64,000 nt of DNA. It comes from an uncultured Dehalococcoidaceae bacterium. GTDB taxonomy: Bacteria > Chloroflexota > Dehalococcoidia > UBA2979. The notes beneath the pieces were generated by a model that was given only the letters and a program-made list of their open reading frames with translations, ran no database searches and was not told the DNA's origin. The position numbers and the translations under genes are program-made. Position 1 is the stretch's first letter. Every line of letters begins with the position of its first letter. The stretch spans positions 1,409 to 65,408 of the forward strand of contig CAZSFJ010000001.1 of the NCBI GenBank assembly GCA_964606125.1, read 5' to 3'. Shown here in pieces: positions 49,538 to 59,935 of this stretch.

Positions 49538-50464
49538 TTATTTCCCGGTATCACTAACGACATGTGCACCCTCGGTTCCAATACCGCAGACATGCGAAGA
49601 GAAGGACAAACTCAGCTCATTCGCGCAATCCTCAAGAGCAATCAGCACAGGCTTCGAGTAACCTTTTTGAACGACGGCAGCTATTGTCGAGCCGCCACCT
49701 GAGAGATACGCGCCATATGCACCGGCTGACTGAGCTGTCTGAATTAACGGATACATCGCTGGAAAAATATTACTCCTAGCCGGCTGGTGAAGAACATCAT
49801 CAAAAGCATATCGCAATAGGTCATAGCGCTTTTCATACAGAGCACCTATCAGAAATCCTACTCGGCTCATATTATGCACTGCATTTGACACAGTAATCCT
49901 CTCTGGTAGAAGCTCTCTCGATTCGTCCGTGGGCATTGCAAAATTGGGAACAAGTAACACTATTTCAAGATCACTCGGGCTACTTAAAGGTAGATTCAGT
50001 AAGCCATCCGTCAGCGGATCCGAGGCCACCACATGTATACCTCCATACATTGCCGGGTATAAATTATCCCCGTGACCTTCGAGGGCCAAACCAACGCCGA
50101 TTAGCTCGTCACGCACGTTCAGTCGATGAGCGAACTGGGCCGCGGCAGTAATCCCGGCCGCCCGTGCCATGGCTGACGTGCCAAGACCACTTCCTACAGG
50201 TATCTCACCCCGAAAAGTTACCGATATCGTGTCTACGGTAATACCGAGCTGAGCTAACGACTTTAAAAACGCCTGCTCACCCATCGATCCGATGATGACC
50301 GGAGATATCGCATCTGCCGATTTATTTTCTCGGGGACTAGCATCCACCACAAAATCAAATTCACCGTACCAGTCCAAAGCCATGCCGACACAATCAAAAC
50401 CTGCACCGAGATTCCCGGAGCTCGCCGGAGCCTTCACTCGAATACTTCTTTGCTTCATATTCAC
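49538..50464 (-). CDS. thrB: Homoserine kinase
   Basis: GHMP kinase motif PASSGNLGAGFD; 308 aa; adjacent to lysC. Confidence 0.8.
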   Translation of the reverse strand: MNMKQRSIRVKAPASSGNLGAGFDCVGMALDWYGEFDFVVDASPRENKSADAISPVIIGSMGEQAFLKSLAQLGITVDTISVTFRGEIPVGSGLGTSAMARAAGITAAAQFAHRLNVRDELIGVGLALEGHGDNLYPAMYGGIHVVASDPLTDGLLNLPLSSPSDLEIVLLVPNFAMPTDESRELLPERITVSNAVHNMSRVGFLIGALYEKRYDLLRYAFDDVLHQPARSNIFPAMYPLIQTAQSAGAYGAYLSGGGSTIAAVVQKGYSKPVLIALEDCANELSLSFSSHVCGIGTEGAHVVSDTGK

Positions 50465-50531
50465 CCAAGACCAACCAGATTAATGTTTCAACCATCATCC
50501 TACTGCGACGATTGCTTGAGATATTGAGTTC

Positions 50532-51713
50532 CTAATTCGAATCAAGCCGTTCGAAAATAGTTGCAATACCTTGGCCACCACCGATGCAAAGAGAAACAAG
50601 TCCATATTTACCGTTGGTTCTTTCAAGTTCATGCATTGCCTTCACCGCCAGTATTGTGCCTGTGGCACCAACCGGATGACCCAATGCAATCGCTCCCCCA
50701 TTTGGGTTAGTACGCTCTTCGGAGAGATCCAGTGCGGTCGAGCAGGCTGCTGCTACAGCTGCAAACGCCTCATTCAACTCAATTACATCCATATCCGCTA
50801 TAGTAAGCTCTGCTCTCTCCAGTACTTTCCGTATGGCAGGAATTGGTCCGGAACCCATTATCTTCCAATCGACGCCTGCTTCCGCTCGAGCAACCATCCT
50901 CATACGTGGTATCAGGCCTAGTTCAGACGCCTTACGTTGGGTAGTAACTACCACGGCTGAGGCCCCATCATTTATACCCGACGAATTCCCTGCTGTGACT
51001 GATCCATCAGGCTTAAAAGCCGGGCGGAGGCCACCTAAGGTCTCCATTGTTGTAGATCTAGGGTGTTCATCGACTGAGAAAATCTCCGTGTTTCGCCCTC
51101 TTTTTACTTCTATTGGTGCTATTTGATCAACAAATCTGCCCTGATCGATCGCGATCCTCGCCCTCTCTTGAGATCTGAAAGCGAATTCGTCTTGAAGCTG
51201 TCTTGAAACTTCAAACTGTTCTGATAAATTTTCTGCGGTTATACCCATTGGGTAGTCCTCGAACGGATCGGTTACAAGATCCTGTGTTCCGTCCTCGAGA
51301 ACACCATCGCCATAACGGTATCCATACCGGCCCTTACGCACATAAAAGGGCATAAGAGACATATTCTCAGCGCCTCCGGCAACCACAATCTCTGCGTCAC
51401 CCGTTTCTAACCATCGAGCGGCTGTATTAATAGCTTCAAGACCGGAACCACAAATTCGATTCACTGTATAGGCAGGTGTCTCAACTGACAGTCCAGCTTT
51501 AATCGCCGCATGCCGTGCAATGTAGCCATCTTCAGCTACCTGACCGACACATCCTAGTACAACTTGGTCTACCAATTTGGGCTCTATACCAGCCCTCTTC
51601 ACACTCTCACGAATCACATGAGCCCCTAGATCGGACGCCGAAGTCTCACTAAGTGAGCCGCCGAAAGTGCCTATCGCCGTCCGACAGCCACTAATTATTA
51701 CTATATCTTCCAT
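50532..51713 (-). CDS. Acetyl-CoA C-acetyltransferase (thiolase II)
   Basis: Thiolase signatures VNRICGSGLEAI (active Cys), NEAFAA and GHPVGATG, and C-terminal CIGGGQG. Confidence 0.9.
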   Translation of the reverse strand: MEDIVIISGCRTAIGTFGGSLSETSASDLGAHVIRESVKRAGIEPKLVDQVVLGCVGQVAEDGYIARHAAIKAGLSVETPAYTVNRICGSGLEAINTAARWLETGDAEIVVAGGAENMSLMPFYVRKGRYGYRYGDGVLEDGTQDLVTDPFEDYPMGITAENLSEQFEVSRQLQDEFAFRSQERARIAIDQGRFVDQIAPIEVKRGRNTEIFSVDEHPRSTTMETLGGLRPAFKPDGSVTAGNSSGINDGASAVVVTTQRKASELGLIPRMRMVARAEAGVDWKIMGSGPIPAIRKVLERAELTIADMDVIELNEAFAAVAAACSTALDLSEERTNPNGGAIALGHPVGATGTILAVKAMHELERTNGKYGLVSLCIGGGQGIATIFERLDSN

Positions 51714-51832
51714 TTTTACCCCGCATTTACTTAGTAAAAGTCGTTATGACCAACCCCATGTATTGATTACTCAATCATTGTATGCGTTAAAGTCGCCGAA
51801 TAACAAATAGTCTCCCACTGGTTGGGTAAGTG

Positions 51833-52546
51833 TTACTCGATTAACCGCAGAATAGCGTCCATTGCAATTCGAGCGATTACGTTAGCATCCTCGCCTGCAT
51901 CTAACACTAGCCATCGGTCTGGTTCTCGAGATGCCATTTCAAGGTAGCCTTCTCTTATTTTTTGGTGGAAAGTCAACGACTCAAAATCCAAGTAATTATT
52001 GCCGCCAACGGGGGATGTCCCTCCAAACAGATCTTTTTGATTGACAATCCCGTGACGAGCTAGGCCTTGCTCCGGCTCGAGATCCAGCAGAATTGTGAGG
52101 CTCGGTTTCAAGTTACCTACCGTCAGTCGCACTGCCGTCTCTACCAACGATCTATCCAGACCTCTGCCATACTGCTGATATGCGTATGTAGAATCCGTGT
52201 ATCTGTCACAGATGACGGTATTACCTTCCCCTAAGGCTGGCAGAATTATCTCCTGCAACAACTGAGCTCGAGCCGCGGAAAATACAAGTAGTTCTGCCAG
52301 CGGAGAGGGAGTTCCTTGCACTAGTTCGGTTGATATCCCGCTGCTAGCCTGGCTAAATAGAGCAGCCCTGAGCTGCTCCCCCAGCACAGTCCCCCCAGGT
52401 TCGCGACACAAAGTCACATGGTGTCCAATTTCATTCAGCGAGTTTTGTAATAATTGGGTTAAAGTACTCTTCCCTGACCCTTCACCGCCCTCGATCGTGA
52501 TAAATGTGCCAGTAAGTTCGCTTGGTTCAGTACTCATCAGGCCCAT
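51833..52546 (-). CDS. tmk: Thymidylate kinase
   Basis: P-loop FITIEGGEGSGKST, DRY-like motif (CDRYTDS), and lid region. Confidence 0.85.
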   Translation of the reverse strand: MGLMSTEPSELTGTFITIEGGEGSGKSTLTQLLQNSLNEIGHHVTLCREPGGTVLGEQLRAALFSQASSGISTELVQGTPSPLAELLVFSAARAQLLQEIILPALGEGNTVICDRYTDSTYAYQQYGRGLDRSLVETAVRLTVGNLKPSLTILLDLEPEQGLARHGIVNQKDLFGGTSPVGGNNYLDFESLTFHQKIREGYLEMASREPDRWLVLDAGEDANVIARIAMDAILRLIE

Positions 52547-54096
52547 ATTACAACACGTTTATAGGGCTCACGTCCTTTTGATGTAGATCGCAAACCGTGT
52601 CTCTCAACAAGCTCATGCTGCATTCGCCGAATATGCGAATTTTGAGGTGATAATTCCACCTGCCCACCTCCATACATTCGTATAGAACCAGAAGCCTCCT
52701 CAGCTTCACTTAAAGCCTTCGTCATCGCATCTGTCTGTCTCGGAACTGTGTCACTAATGGACAGTAACTGGCGTTCAATTTGATGTTGAGTGTTGTTCCG
52801 AAGGACATATATAGGAACGCCAGTGTTCTCCGCTGTCTTCAACGGTCCTGATCGACGCCGATAATATGGACGAAGCGTCAAAATAGCATCAGCGTCACTC
52901 AGCGAATCTACCACCATCGAGTTCGAATGTGTGACTTTAATTGCCTTCTCTAGTCGTGCACGCGACACGCCAAACGGCAACAGCCGAACAACATCCGATT
53001 TATTTGATTCTTCACCATTGCTATCAATTGCATCAATTCCATGATCGAGGTTATCCGACAGCGAGTTAGAATTTATCGCAACTTCTCCGTACGACTCTAT
53101 TTCACCAGCCGAACTGACTTTACGGATCTCCGCTGAGACTTCCTCGCCACGCAGTAATTTATCGACCGTAGAACCCACATCACTGTGGATGGCAAACTCA
53201 CTAAAGGAATTAATCTCAACTAGAGATTCAAAAGTTGGCGCTGAACGCCTCTCAAGAATCGTCTTCTGTGTGTGTCGACGGCGTGCTTCTTCGTCAGAAA
53301 GAGTCACTGACTCGATTCCACCTACCAAATCAGAAAGTGTCGGGTTCTGCATCAGATTTGTGAGTTTGGTGCCATGAGCAGTCGCTATCAATATCACTCC
53401 ACGTTCCGCGATTGTTCTTGCTGCCTCCGCTTCCGCGAGACTGCCAATTTCATCAATTACTATCACCTCCGGTGTGTGGTTTTCGACAGCCTCTATCATC
53501 ACTTCATGCTGCGACTGTGGACTTGGGACTTGCATTCTACGAGCTGAACCAATACCTGGGTGTGGTATATCACCATCACCTCCTATCTCATTCGAGGTGT
53601 CAACAATGATCACTCTTTTACCCAGATCATCTGCAAATGTTCTCGCTATGTCCCGCAACATAGTGGTCTTCCCAACACCAGGTGCACCAAGAAGAAGCAC
53701 ACTAGAGCCTTTTTCGATCAAGTCATTTAGTGCCTGTCCTGAGCCGGCTATAGAGCGTCCAACTCGACAAGTCAGACCCACAATCTTGCCGCCTCGATTC
53801 CTTATCGCAGAAATACGATGTAATGTCCGGGGTATACCTGCGCGATTATCACCACCAAACTCCGAGAGCTGAGCGACGACAGTCCCAATTTCCTGTTCCG
53901 TGACAACCCCACCAGGTACCGATTCGTCACCGTCCAAAAACCGCACCAGAGGGGCTCTACCTAAATCCAAGATAATCTCAACCAGGGCGCTCAGATCTTT
54001 TGCTTTGATGTAGTCAGACACTCGTCTTGGCGCTATCGCCACTAATTGATTAATTTCCTCGTACTGATCCTGTTGAGGAAGACCCATCAACTCCAA
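52537..54096 (-). CDS. Ycf45-like AAA/P-loop ATPase with C-terminal R3H nucleic-acid-binding domain
   Basis: Walker A LLLGAPGVGKTT, Walker B VIIVDTSNEIGGDG-like segment, and a C-terminal R3H motif region (HIRRMQHELVERHGLRSTSKG). Confidence 0.6.
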   Translation of the reverse strand: MELMGLPQQDQYEEINQLVAIAPRRVSDYIKAKDLSALVEIILDLGRAPLVRFLDGDESVPGGVVTEQEIGTVVAQLSEFGGDNRAGIPRTLHRISAIRNRGGKIVGLTCRVGRSIAGSGQALNDLIEKGSSVLLLGAPGVGKTTMLRDIARTFADDLGKRVIIVDTSNEIGGDGDIPHPGIGSARRMQVPSPQSQHEVMIEAVENHTPEVIVIDEIGSLAEAEAARTIAERGVILIATAHGTKLTNLMQNPTLSDLVGGIESVTLSDEEARRRHTQKTILERRSAPTFESLVEINSFSEFAIHSDVGSTVDKLLRGEEVSAEIRKVSSAGEIESYGEVAINSNSLSDNLDHGIDAIDSNGEESNKSDVVRLLPFGVSRARLEKAIKVTHSNSMVVDSLSDADAILTLRPYYRRRSGPLKTAENTGVPIYVLRNNTQHQIERQLLSISDTVPRQTDAMTKALSEAEEASGSIRMYGGGQVELSPQNSHIRRMQHELVERHGLRSTSKGREPYKRVVIWA

Positions 54097-54116
54097 TTAC
54101 AAGCCCCTTCGTTCTT

Positions 54117-54761
54117 CTAGTGCAACTGCTCTATCCATGCATCCAGTTTGCCATCGCGCAGATCTAGAAACGCTACTGTACCTAATTGTGTCTGCAGATT
54201 TCTCGGAAAAGTAGGTGAACCCGAATTAATGATTAATACATCGTCCCATTCCACTACCACTGGAACGTGCGTGTCTCCAGCGATCACAATATCCACAGGC
54301 CCACCAAAATGCCTGTCCATTCTCTCCTCTATCGAGGAAAGATGTGCGTATGGCCGATCCGGAAAGTCATGAGTCATGCCGATTTTCTTGCCTGCGACGG
54401 TAATATGCTGGTTGTAAGGCAATCGGGGATCGTCAGGAGCTACTTCTCTCCCGCTGGAGCCGTCATCACCATTCCCGCAAACCCCAAGGACCGGCTTCCC
54501 ACTCCTTTCCTCGAAATAGTCCAACACAGCAATATCATGCATATCACCAGCATGCAGGATGAAGTCTACTTCCTTAAAGGCATCGTAAGCTTGGTCAAAA
54601 ACATCGAACCTCGCCTCAGGTATATGAGTATCAGAAACTAACCCGAATAGAATCCCATTCGGATATTCTTCCGTAAAATCATGATGATCAAGTGATCGCC
54701 GTTCGGGTAGAGGAGAAGTCATTATAAAACTATAAGGACATTTACTCTCTACAGGATACAA
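54117..54761 (-). CDS. YfcE/MJ0936-type metallophosphoesterase
   Basis: GLVSDTH, GDMHD, GNGDD and GDTHVP metal-binding motifs of the calcineurin-like fold. Confidence 0.65.
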   Translation of the reverse strand: MYPVESKCPYSFIMTSPLPERRSLDHHDFTEEYPNGILFGLVSDTHIPEARFDVFDQAYDAFKEVDFILHAGDMHDIAVLDYFEERSGKPVLGVCGNGDDGSSGREVAPDDPRLPYNQHITVAGKKIGMTHDFPDRPYAHLSSIEERMDRHFGGPVDIVIAGDTHVPVVVEWDDVLIINSGSPTFPRNLQTQLGTVAFLDLRDGKLDAWIEQLH

Positions 54762-54791
54762 TTAGATTTAACATATCAGTGGGAGAAAGCA

Positions 54792-55751
54792 ATGACTAAC
54801 AACGGATCTACACAAGATAAGAGTGACAGCAATCCTCAAATTGGTAGCTGGACCGTGAAATCCGGCTTGGCTCAGATGCTCAAAGGCGGGGTGATTATGG
54901 ATGTAGTCACTGCAGAACAAGCCATAGTCGCCCAGGAAGCTGGCGCGGTCGCGGTTATGGCCCTCGAACGAGTCCCGTCCGACATCAGACGAGATGGTGG
55001 TGTTGCCCGAATGAGTCACGTGACGCTAATCAAAGAAATTCAATCGAGTGTCTCCATACCTGTAATGGCAAAGGCACGAATTGGCCACTTCGTAGAAGCT
55101 CAAATATTGGAAGCTCTAGGGGTTGACTATATTGACGAATCCGAAGTTCTTACTGTGGCTGATGAACAAAACCATATAGATAAAACCGACTTTTCAGTCC
55201 CTTTTGTATGCGGTGCGAGAAATCTAGGTGAGGCTCTTAGGAGAATTGGTGAGGGTGCCGCCATGATTCGCACTAAGGGAGAAGCAGGCACCGGTGATAT
55301 CGTTGAAGCTGTGCGGCATCTTCGCACTATAGACGGACAAATAAGAAAATTGACGTCAATGCGGAATGATGAACTGTATACAGAGGCAAAAGAATTACAA
55401 GTACCAATCGAACTTCTTCGCAGTGTATCAGAGTCCGGATCACTTCCAGTCGTCAACTTCTCCGCGGGAGGGGTGGCAAGCCCTGCAGATGCAGCCCTGA
55501 TGATGCAATTAGGAGCTGAAGGAGTATTCGTAGGGTCCGGAATATTTAAGTCAGCCGCAGACATAGATGATGACTACAAAAGACTGGCACAGCAAAAGGC
55601 AATGGCTACAGCAATAGTCAAGGCGGTTACATATTTTGATGATCCGAAAATTCTTGCTGAAGTTTCAGCTGAAGTACCTCAAACTGCTATGAGAGGGCTG
55701 TCGGTAGCGCAGTTGCTTCCCGATGAGCTCATGGCGGGACGAGGTTCATAA
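54792..55751 (+). CDS. pdxS: Pyridoxal 5'-phosphate synthase lyase subunit
   Basis: [46 protein letters not shown] matches the PdxS/SNZ (beta/alpha)8 barrel. Confidence 0.9.
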   Translation: MTNNGSTQDKSDSNPQIGSWTVKSGLAQMLKGGVIMDVVTAEQAIVAQEAGAVAVMALERVPSDIRRDGGVARMSHVTLIKEIQSSVSIPVMAKARIGHFVEAQILEALGVDYIDESEVLTVADEQNHIDKTDFSVPFVCGARNLGEALRRIGEGAAMIRTKGEAGTGDIVEAVRHLRTIDGQIRKLTSMRNDELYTEAKELQVPIELLRSVSESGSLPVVNFSAGGVASPADAALMMQLGAEGVFVGSGIFKSAADIDDDYKRLAQQKAMATAIVKAVTYFDDPKILAEVSAEVPQTAMRGLSVAQLLPDELMAGRGS

Positions 55752-55757
55752 CAAACA

Positions 55758-56357
55758 GTGTCACTACAAATTGGGATCCTTGCTTTGCAAGGAGATGTCG
55801 CTGAGCATGCCGGAATTCTTGCGACCCTTGATGTGCATGTAACCAATGTCAAACGTAAGTCTGACCTTGCCAATATCGACGGACTCATCATTCCTGGCGG
55901 AGAGAGCACAGCTATCGCTCGACTACTGATTGCCTATGAATTAATAAGTCCTATAAGAGAAAAAATACTGGCTGGCTTGCCAGTTTGGGGAACGTGTGCG
56001 GGAGCTATATTGTTAGCGAAGCAGGTCACCAATCTTGACCGTCCATCTTTACAATTAATGGATATTAGAGTCACTCGAAATGCATTCGGATCCCAAATTT
56101 ATTCGTTCGAAAAACAGTTACAAATCGACGGTATTGAGGGAGACCCGCTGAACGCAATTTTCATACGCGCTCCGATAATTGACGACGTAGGCAAGGAAAC
56201 TCAAGTCTTGGCTACGCTGGAACAAGGTGCGATAGTCGCTGCAAAACAAGGAAACATGCTGGCAACATCCTTCCACCCAGAATTAGGAAATGATACACGT
56301 ATGCACCAGTTATTTCTCAATATGTGTATCCAGTCGGCCAGTTCCAGTAACCAATAG
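55758..56357 (+). CDS. pdxT: Pyridoxal 5'-phosphate synthase glutaminase subunit
   Basis: IGILALQGDV.EH, catalytic GTCAG, and C-terminal FHPE; class-I GATase. Follows pdxS. Confidence 0.85.
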   Translation: MSLQIGILALQGDVAEHAGILATLDVHVTNVKRKSDLANIDGLIIPGGESTAIARLLIAYELISPIREKILAGLPVWGTCAGAILLAKQVTNLDRPSLQLMDIRVTRNAFGSQIYSFEKQLQIDGIEGDPLNAIFIRAPIIDDVGKETQVLATLEQGAIVAAKQGNMLATSFHPELGNDTRMHQLFLNMCIQSASSSNQ

Positions 56358-56383
56358 ATCGGCACTAACGAGATGAATATATT

Positions 56384-56530
56384 GTGATCACAAAATTAGT
56401 CTGGCCATTCCTTGGAATAGTGGCTTGCATATTGCTTATAGGCTTCTTTGAATCATCTGTCCCTCTACTAGCGCTTTTGAGTTTGTTGTGTATCCTCGCT
56501 GGTCTCAGAGTCATCGAACACAAACTCTGA
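56384..56530 (+). CDS. Possible 48-aa hydrophobic two-helix mini-protein (GTG start)
   Basis: Intergenic ORF VITKLVWPFLGIVACILLIGFFESSVPLLALLSLLCILAGLRVIEHKL with a weak SD. Speculative. Confidence 0.2.
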   Translation: MITKLVWPFLGIVACILLIGFFESSVPLLALLSLLCILAGLRVIEHKL

Positions 56531-56653
56531 ACATCTCACATGACTTATCCTCCCAAAAATACAACACGTGGAGTAATTAGGTTAAGTGACACACGACCAT
56601 AACGTTCTATTTAGCGCTATCCCCGTTAACATCTTCTGTATAGGAGGCAGCGT

Positions 56654-57469
56654 ATGAGTGTAGTGGGGGACTTTTCAAGTACAGACATAACCGTAGACAT
56701 GGATGGGTTTATAGCCACAGTCGAGATCCACCGACCGCCTCACAATTATTTCAATCAGGCAATGGTGACAGGGATTGCTGATGCCTACGAGTTCTTGGAA
56801 AAAGAGACCAACTGTCGCGCGATTATATTGGCGTCCGAAGGAAAATCATTCTGTGCCGGTTCTTCTGTGGTCACTACTGGGAAACTAACAACCGAGGAAG
56901 AACAGGTAGTGTCTTCTGGGACAGCTAATGGCAGAAATCATATTTACGAGCAGGGCACCAGGATGATGTCAGGTGAAATACCTGTTATCGCAGCTATACA
57001 AGGGGCCGCGATCGGCGGCGGCTTGGGTCTGGCTTTGACTGCCGATTTTCGAGTCGCTACTCCACAAGCCAGATTCAGCGCCAATTTCGCACGACTGGGT
57101 TTCCATCATGGATTTGGTCTAACTGTCACTTTACCGAGACTCGTAGGTAATCAAGCTGCGATGAATCTACTTCTCACTGGCCGACGAGTAAAGGCAGACG
57201 AAGCGCTAGAACTCGGCCTGTGCGACGAAGTAGTTGAACTGGGAGATTTAAGAGCTCGAGCTGAGATGCTGGCTGATGATATTGCGTTGTCGGGTCCACT
57301 TTCTGTTCGTGCCATACGACGAACCATGCGAAGAGGCTTAGTCGAGCAATTTAGAACCGCGGTGGATCGTGAGCAAGTTGAACAAGAATGGCTTAGAAAG
57401 ACTGCGGATTTTCAGGAAGGAATTAATGCCGCAGCAGCAAGGCGGGAACCTAATTTTTGTGGTAAATAG
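56654..57469 (+). CDS. Enoyl-CoA hydratase/isomerase (crotonase fold)
   Basis: AAIQGAAIGGGLGLALTADFRVA oxyanion-hole region; 271 aa. Confidence 0.8.
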   Translation: MSVVGDFSSTDITVDMDGFIATVEIHRPPHNYFNQAMVTGIADAYEFLEKETNCRAIILASEGKSFCAGSSVVTTGKLTTEEEQVVSSGTANGRNHIYEQGTRMMSGEIPVIAAIQGAAIGGGLGLALTADFRVATPQARFSANFARLGFHHGFGLTVTLPRLVGNQAAMNLLLTGRRVKADEALELGLCDEVVELGDLRARAEMLADDIALSGPLSVRAIRRTMRRGLVEQFRTAVDREQVEQEWLRKTADFQEGINAAAARREPNFCGK

Positions 57470-57822
57470 TACACTCGCCAATGTCACTTCCACTTACGCT
57501 AACTCTTGTTACCAACTTCAGTGATAACAAACTGAATAGATCCAAATATTAGAAAAATATCGGACTACCCCAGAGATTTCATATAAAATATTCTCCAACA
57601 CGCCAACACTAGGTGGCAGCGCCTACCTCAAAAGGGGCCAAAATGGACCTCATGATAGATCAAATTAGCTCTATGTCGTTGAACAAGCCCGACGGTGTTT
57701 CCCTTGAAATTGCAGCACTGTCACCAATACTTGGACGCACTTGAAGGCCATAGCCAATATAATCAGAGCTTGAAACTATAAAAGACAAATCAAAAATTGC
57801 AGAAGTTTAATGGATTCCTTTC

Positions 57823-58650
57823 ATGAAAAAGGTGACACATTTAGGTCCCACAGGCACCTACACAGAAATGGCCGCTCGTGCTTTCAAAAGGGATGCTGAA
57901 CTTATACCTTTACCGAGTGTAGCTGAGGTAATTGAGACGGTTATTCGAAATGACGCCGATATGGCCGTTTGTGCCTTTGAAAACTCAATTGCCGGGACTG
58001 TGTCTATCGAGACAATTGATTTGTTGTTAAAACCTGATTTCCCTTTGAACATATGCGGAGAAGTTGTTCTCGATATATCACATATGCTTATCGGTCGTGG
58101 TGATCTGAATTTAGAGAAAATCCACACCGTGTACAGTCATCCATCGGCACTTGCCCAATGCCGACAATCTCTTCAATCACTAGTTCCTCAAGCAAATCAA
58201 ATAGAACTGCTGTCAACCACGGCGGCCGTAGAGACAGCAATGGCGGACGGAGCGTCCGCAGCTATCGCTGGCGACCTAGCAGCCAAAGAGTTCGGCGCGT
58301 ATATTCTTGCCAGGGACATCGGTGATGAGAAACATAATGCCACACGTTTTCTGGTTCTTTCAAAGGATAAAACCAACCCTACTGGTGACGATAAAACTAC
58401 TCTAGTTTTCAATACTATCGATGCTGAAAGTGCGGGTTCGCTTGTGAACGTCCTGGAGATATTTGCTAACCGAGGCATCAACCTCACCCGTATAGAGTCC
58501 CGACCAACGAGACGTCAGTTGGGAACGTACGTATTCTCAGTGGATGTACAAGGTCACCAGAGCGATGAAAATGTCGCCCAAGCACTAGAAGAGATGGAAA
58601 TGAATACTTCCTGGGTAAATGTCCTTGGATCTTACGCGAGGTGGAAATGA
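57823..58650 (+). CDS. pheA: Prephenate dehydratase with C-terminal ACT domain
   Basis: HLGPTGTYTE N-terminus, PDT domain, and a C-terminal ACT (ESRP, TRxxLG...F.VD). Confidence 0.85.
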   Translation: MKKVTHLGPTGTYTEMAARAFKRDAELIPLPSVAEVIETVIRNDADMAVCAFENSIAGTVSIETIDLLLKPDFPLNICGEVVLDISHMLIGRGDLNLEKIHTVYSHPSALAQCRQSLQSLVPQANQIELLSTTAAVETAMADGASAAIAGDLAAKEFGAYILARDIGDEKHNATRFLVLSKDKTNPTGDDKTTLVFNTIDAESAGSLVNVLEIFANRGINLTRIESRPTRRQLGTYVFSVDVQGHQSDENVAQALEEMEMNTSWVNVLGSYARWK

Positions 58651-59354
58651 AAGTCATAGGTAAAGAAATCGGCAATGATTTGAATCAACTGTTTGGTCAG
58701 ATTGAGACTCGAGTGAAAACCGAACTGCAGCGCGAGATAAAGTTTGAAGGTTTTGAAGGAGAAACTCTATCTTCTGTAATATGGGAAGAAAATGAAATTA
58801 GAGTCCGACTACATACCGGTGCACCTACCCACGCATTACCCGGCATCGTCGGTGTGGCTCTCCAACATATCCGGCAGCGCCTCGATCGCTTCCCCACAGT
58901 GAGGCGTATTCAACAAGATATAGAGGGAGGAGCAATGGTCCGAGACGCACTAAGAGAATTGATTCTCGGACCGGAGGCTTCCGAAAAGCTCGCTCCCCTT
59001 GCACTTGATAACGAGTGGCAAAACGAACAAAGGCATCAGGGACTTAAGTTGTTTCTTCGTGATGCGCCTCCAGAATTCAATGAAGTAGGAGCCCCTGGGA
59101 ACGCATTCGCCGCCCTATTATTTGCTCGGTACTCGATCGAGCACCCTGAAAAAATGTGGGTGTCTTTGGAAAAACAATTCCAAAATGAACTCCCTGCCGC
59201 AGCCGAAAATGGAAAGACCGTCTATGAATTAATATCATCAACCGGATGGAGTACTGCGGGCGCAGCGCTTGAGTCTATGATACTCGCCCGAGATGAACTA
59301 AACCTACAAAACTATGCCGGGGTCGAGGATAGACTCAAGGGAGAAATTCTTTAG
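58641..59354 (+). CDS. Hypothetical protein
   Basis: 237-aa ORF overlapping the pheA stop by 10 nt. No motif recognised. Confidence 0.4.
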   Translation: MEMKVIGKEIGNDLNQLFGQIETRVKTELQREIKFEGFEGETLSSVIWEENEIRVRLHTGAPTHALPGIVGVALQHIRQRLDRFPTVRRIQQDIEGGAMVRDALRELILGPEASEKLAPLALDNEWQNEQRHQGLKLFLRDAPPEFNEVGAPGNAFAALLFARYSIEHPEKMWVSLEKQFQNELPAAAENGKTVYELISSTGWSTAGAALESMILARDELNLQNYAGVEDRLKGEIL

Positions 59355-59357
59355 ATC

Positions 59358-59870
59358 TCAGGCAGCAGATTTTCTCATCCATGGAGCTAAGTATGGTTGC
59401 CATTCATCATGTTCCTCTATATATGAAACAAACAGTCGCCCAATATTGACTCTTGGCGGAACCGGAGTTGCATTTATGCGCATATTAGCCTGTCCAGGGG
59501 TGCGACCACCTTTTCTGTGATTGCACTTAGAGCATGCTGTCGTAACATTCTCCCATTCGTGCAGCCCGCCCAGACGCCTAGGGACCACGTGGTCAATAGT
59601 TAACTGACTCAGTTCAGCTTCTACTCCACAGTATTGGCATTTATATCCATCTCGAGCGAATATCTCTTTTCGGCTAAGACGAGGCTTCGGAATGGGTCGC
59701 TTAACATAATTTTGTAACCGAATCACTGAAGGTGTATCGTAAATCTTTCCCTCCGCACCTTTCATCCCTATAGGACCAGACTCAACTATATCTGCTCGTC
59801 CAGTGAGAGTTAAGACCATCGCACGTCTAACCGCACACACATGAAGTGGTTCATAATTCTGATTGAGCAC
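59358..59870 (-). CDS. Stand-alone HNH endonuclease-family protein
   Basis: CQYCG...DHVVPRRLGG...NVTTACSKCNHRKG HNH motif. The N-terminal LNQNYEPLHVCAVRRAMVLTLTGRADIVE is typical of a widespread ~165-aa HNH family. Confidence 0.7.
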   Translation of the reverse strand: MLNQNYEPLHVCAVRRAMVLTLTGRADIVESGPIGMKGAEGKIYDTPSVIRLQNYVKRPIPKPRLSRKEIFARDGYKCQYCGVEAELSQLTIDHVVPRRLGGLHEWENVTTACSKCNHRKGGRTPGQANMRINATPVPPRVNIGRLFVSYIEEHDEWQPYLAPWMRKSAA

Positions 59871-59935
59871 CAGTGAAGAAAGGTTTCGAACAGTAATTAG
59901 AATATGCCTCCCCGGATAGGGTAACCGAATTTATT

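Noticed and set aside
57601-57625. T-box-like sequence AGGTGGCAGCGCC upstream of pheA
   Set aside because: It matches the T-box consensus AGGGUGGNACCGCG only loosely (one-base deletion and transposed CG). No specifier-loop/antiterminator architecture was recognised by eye. Retained only as a possibility in the leader finding.
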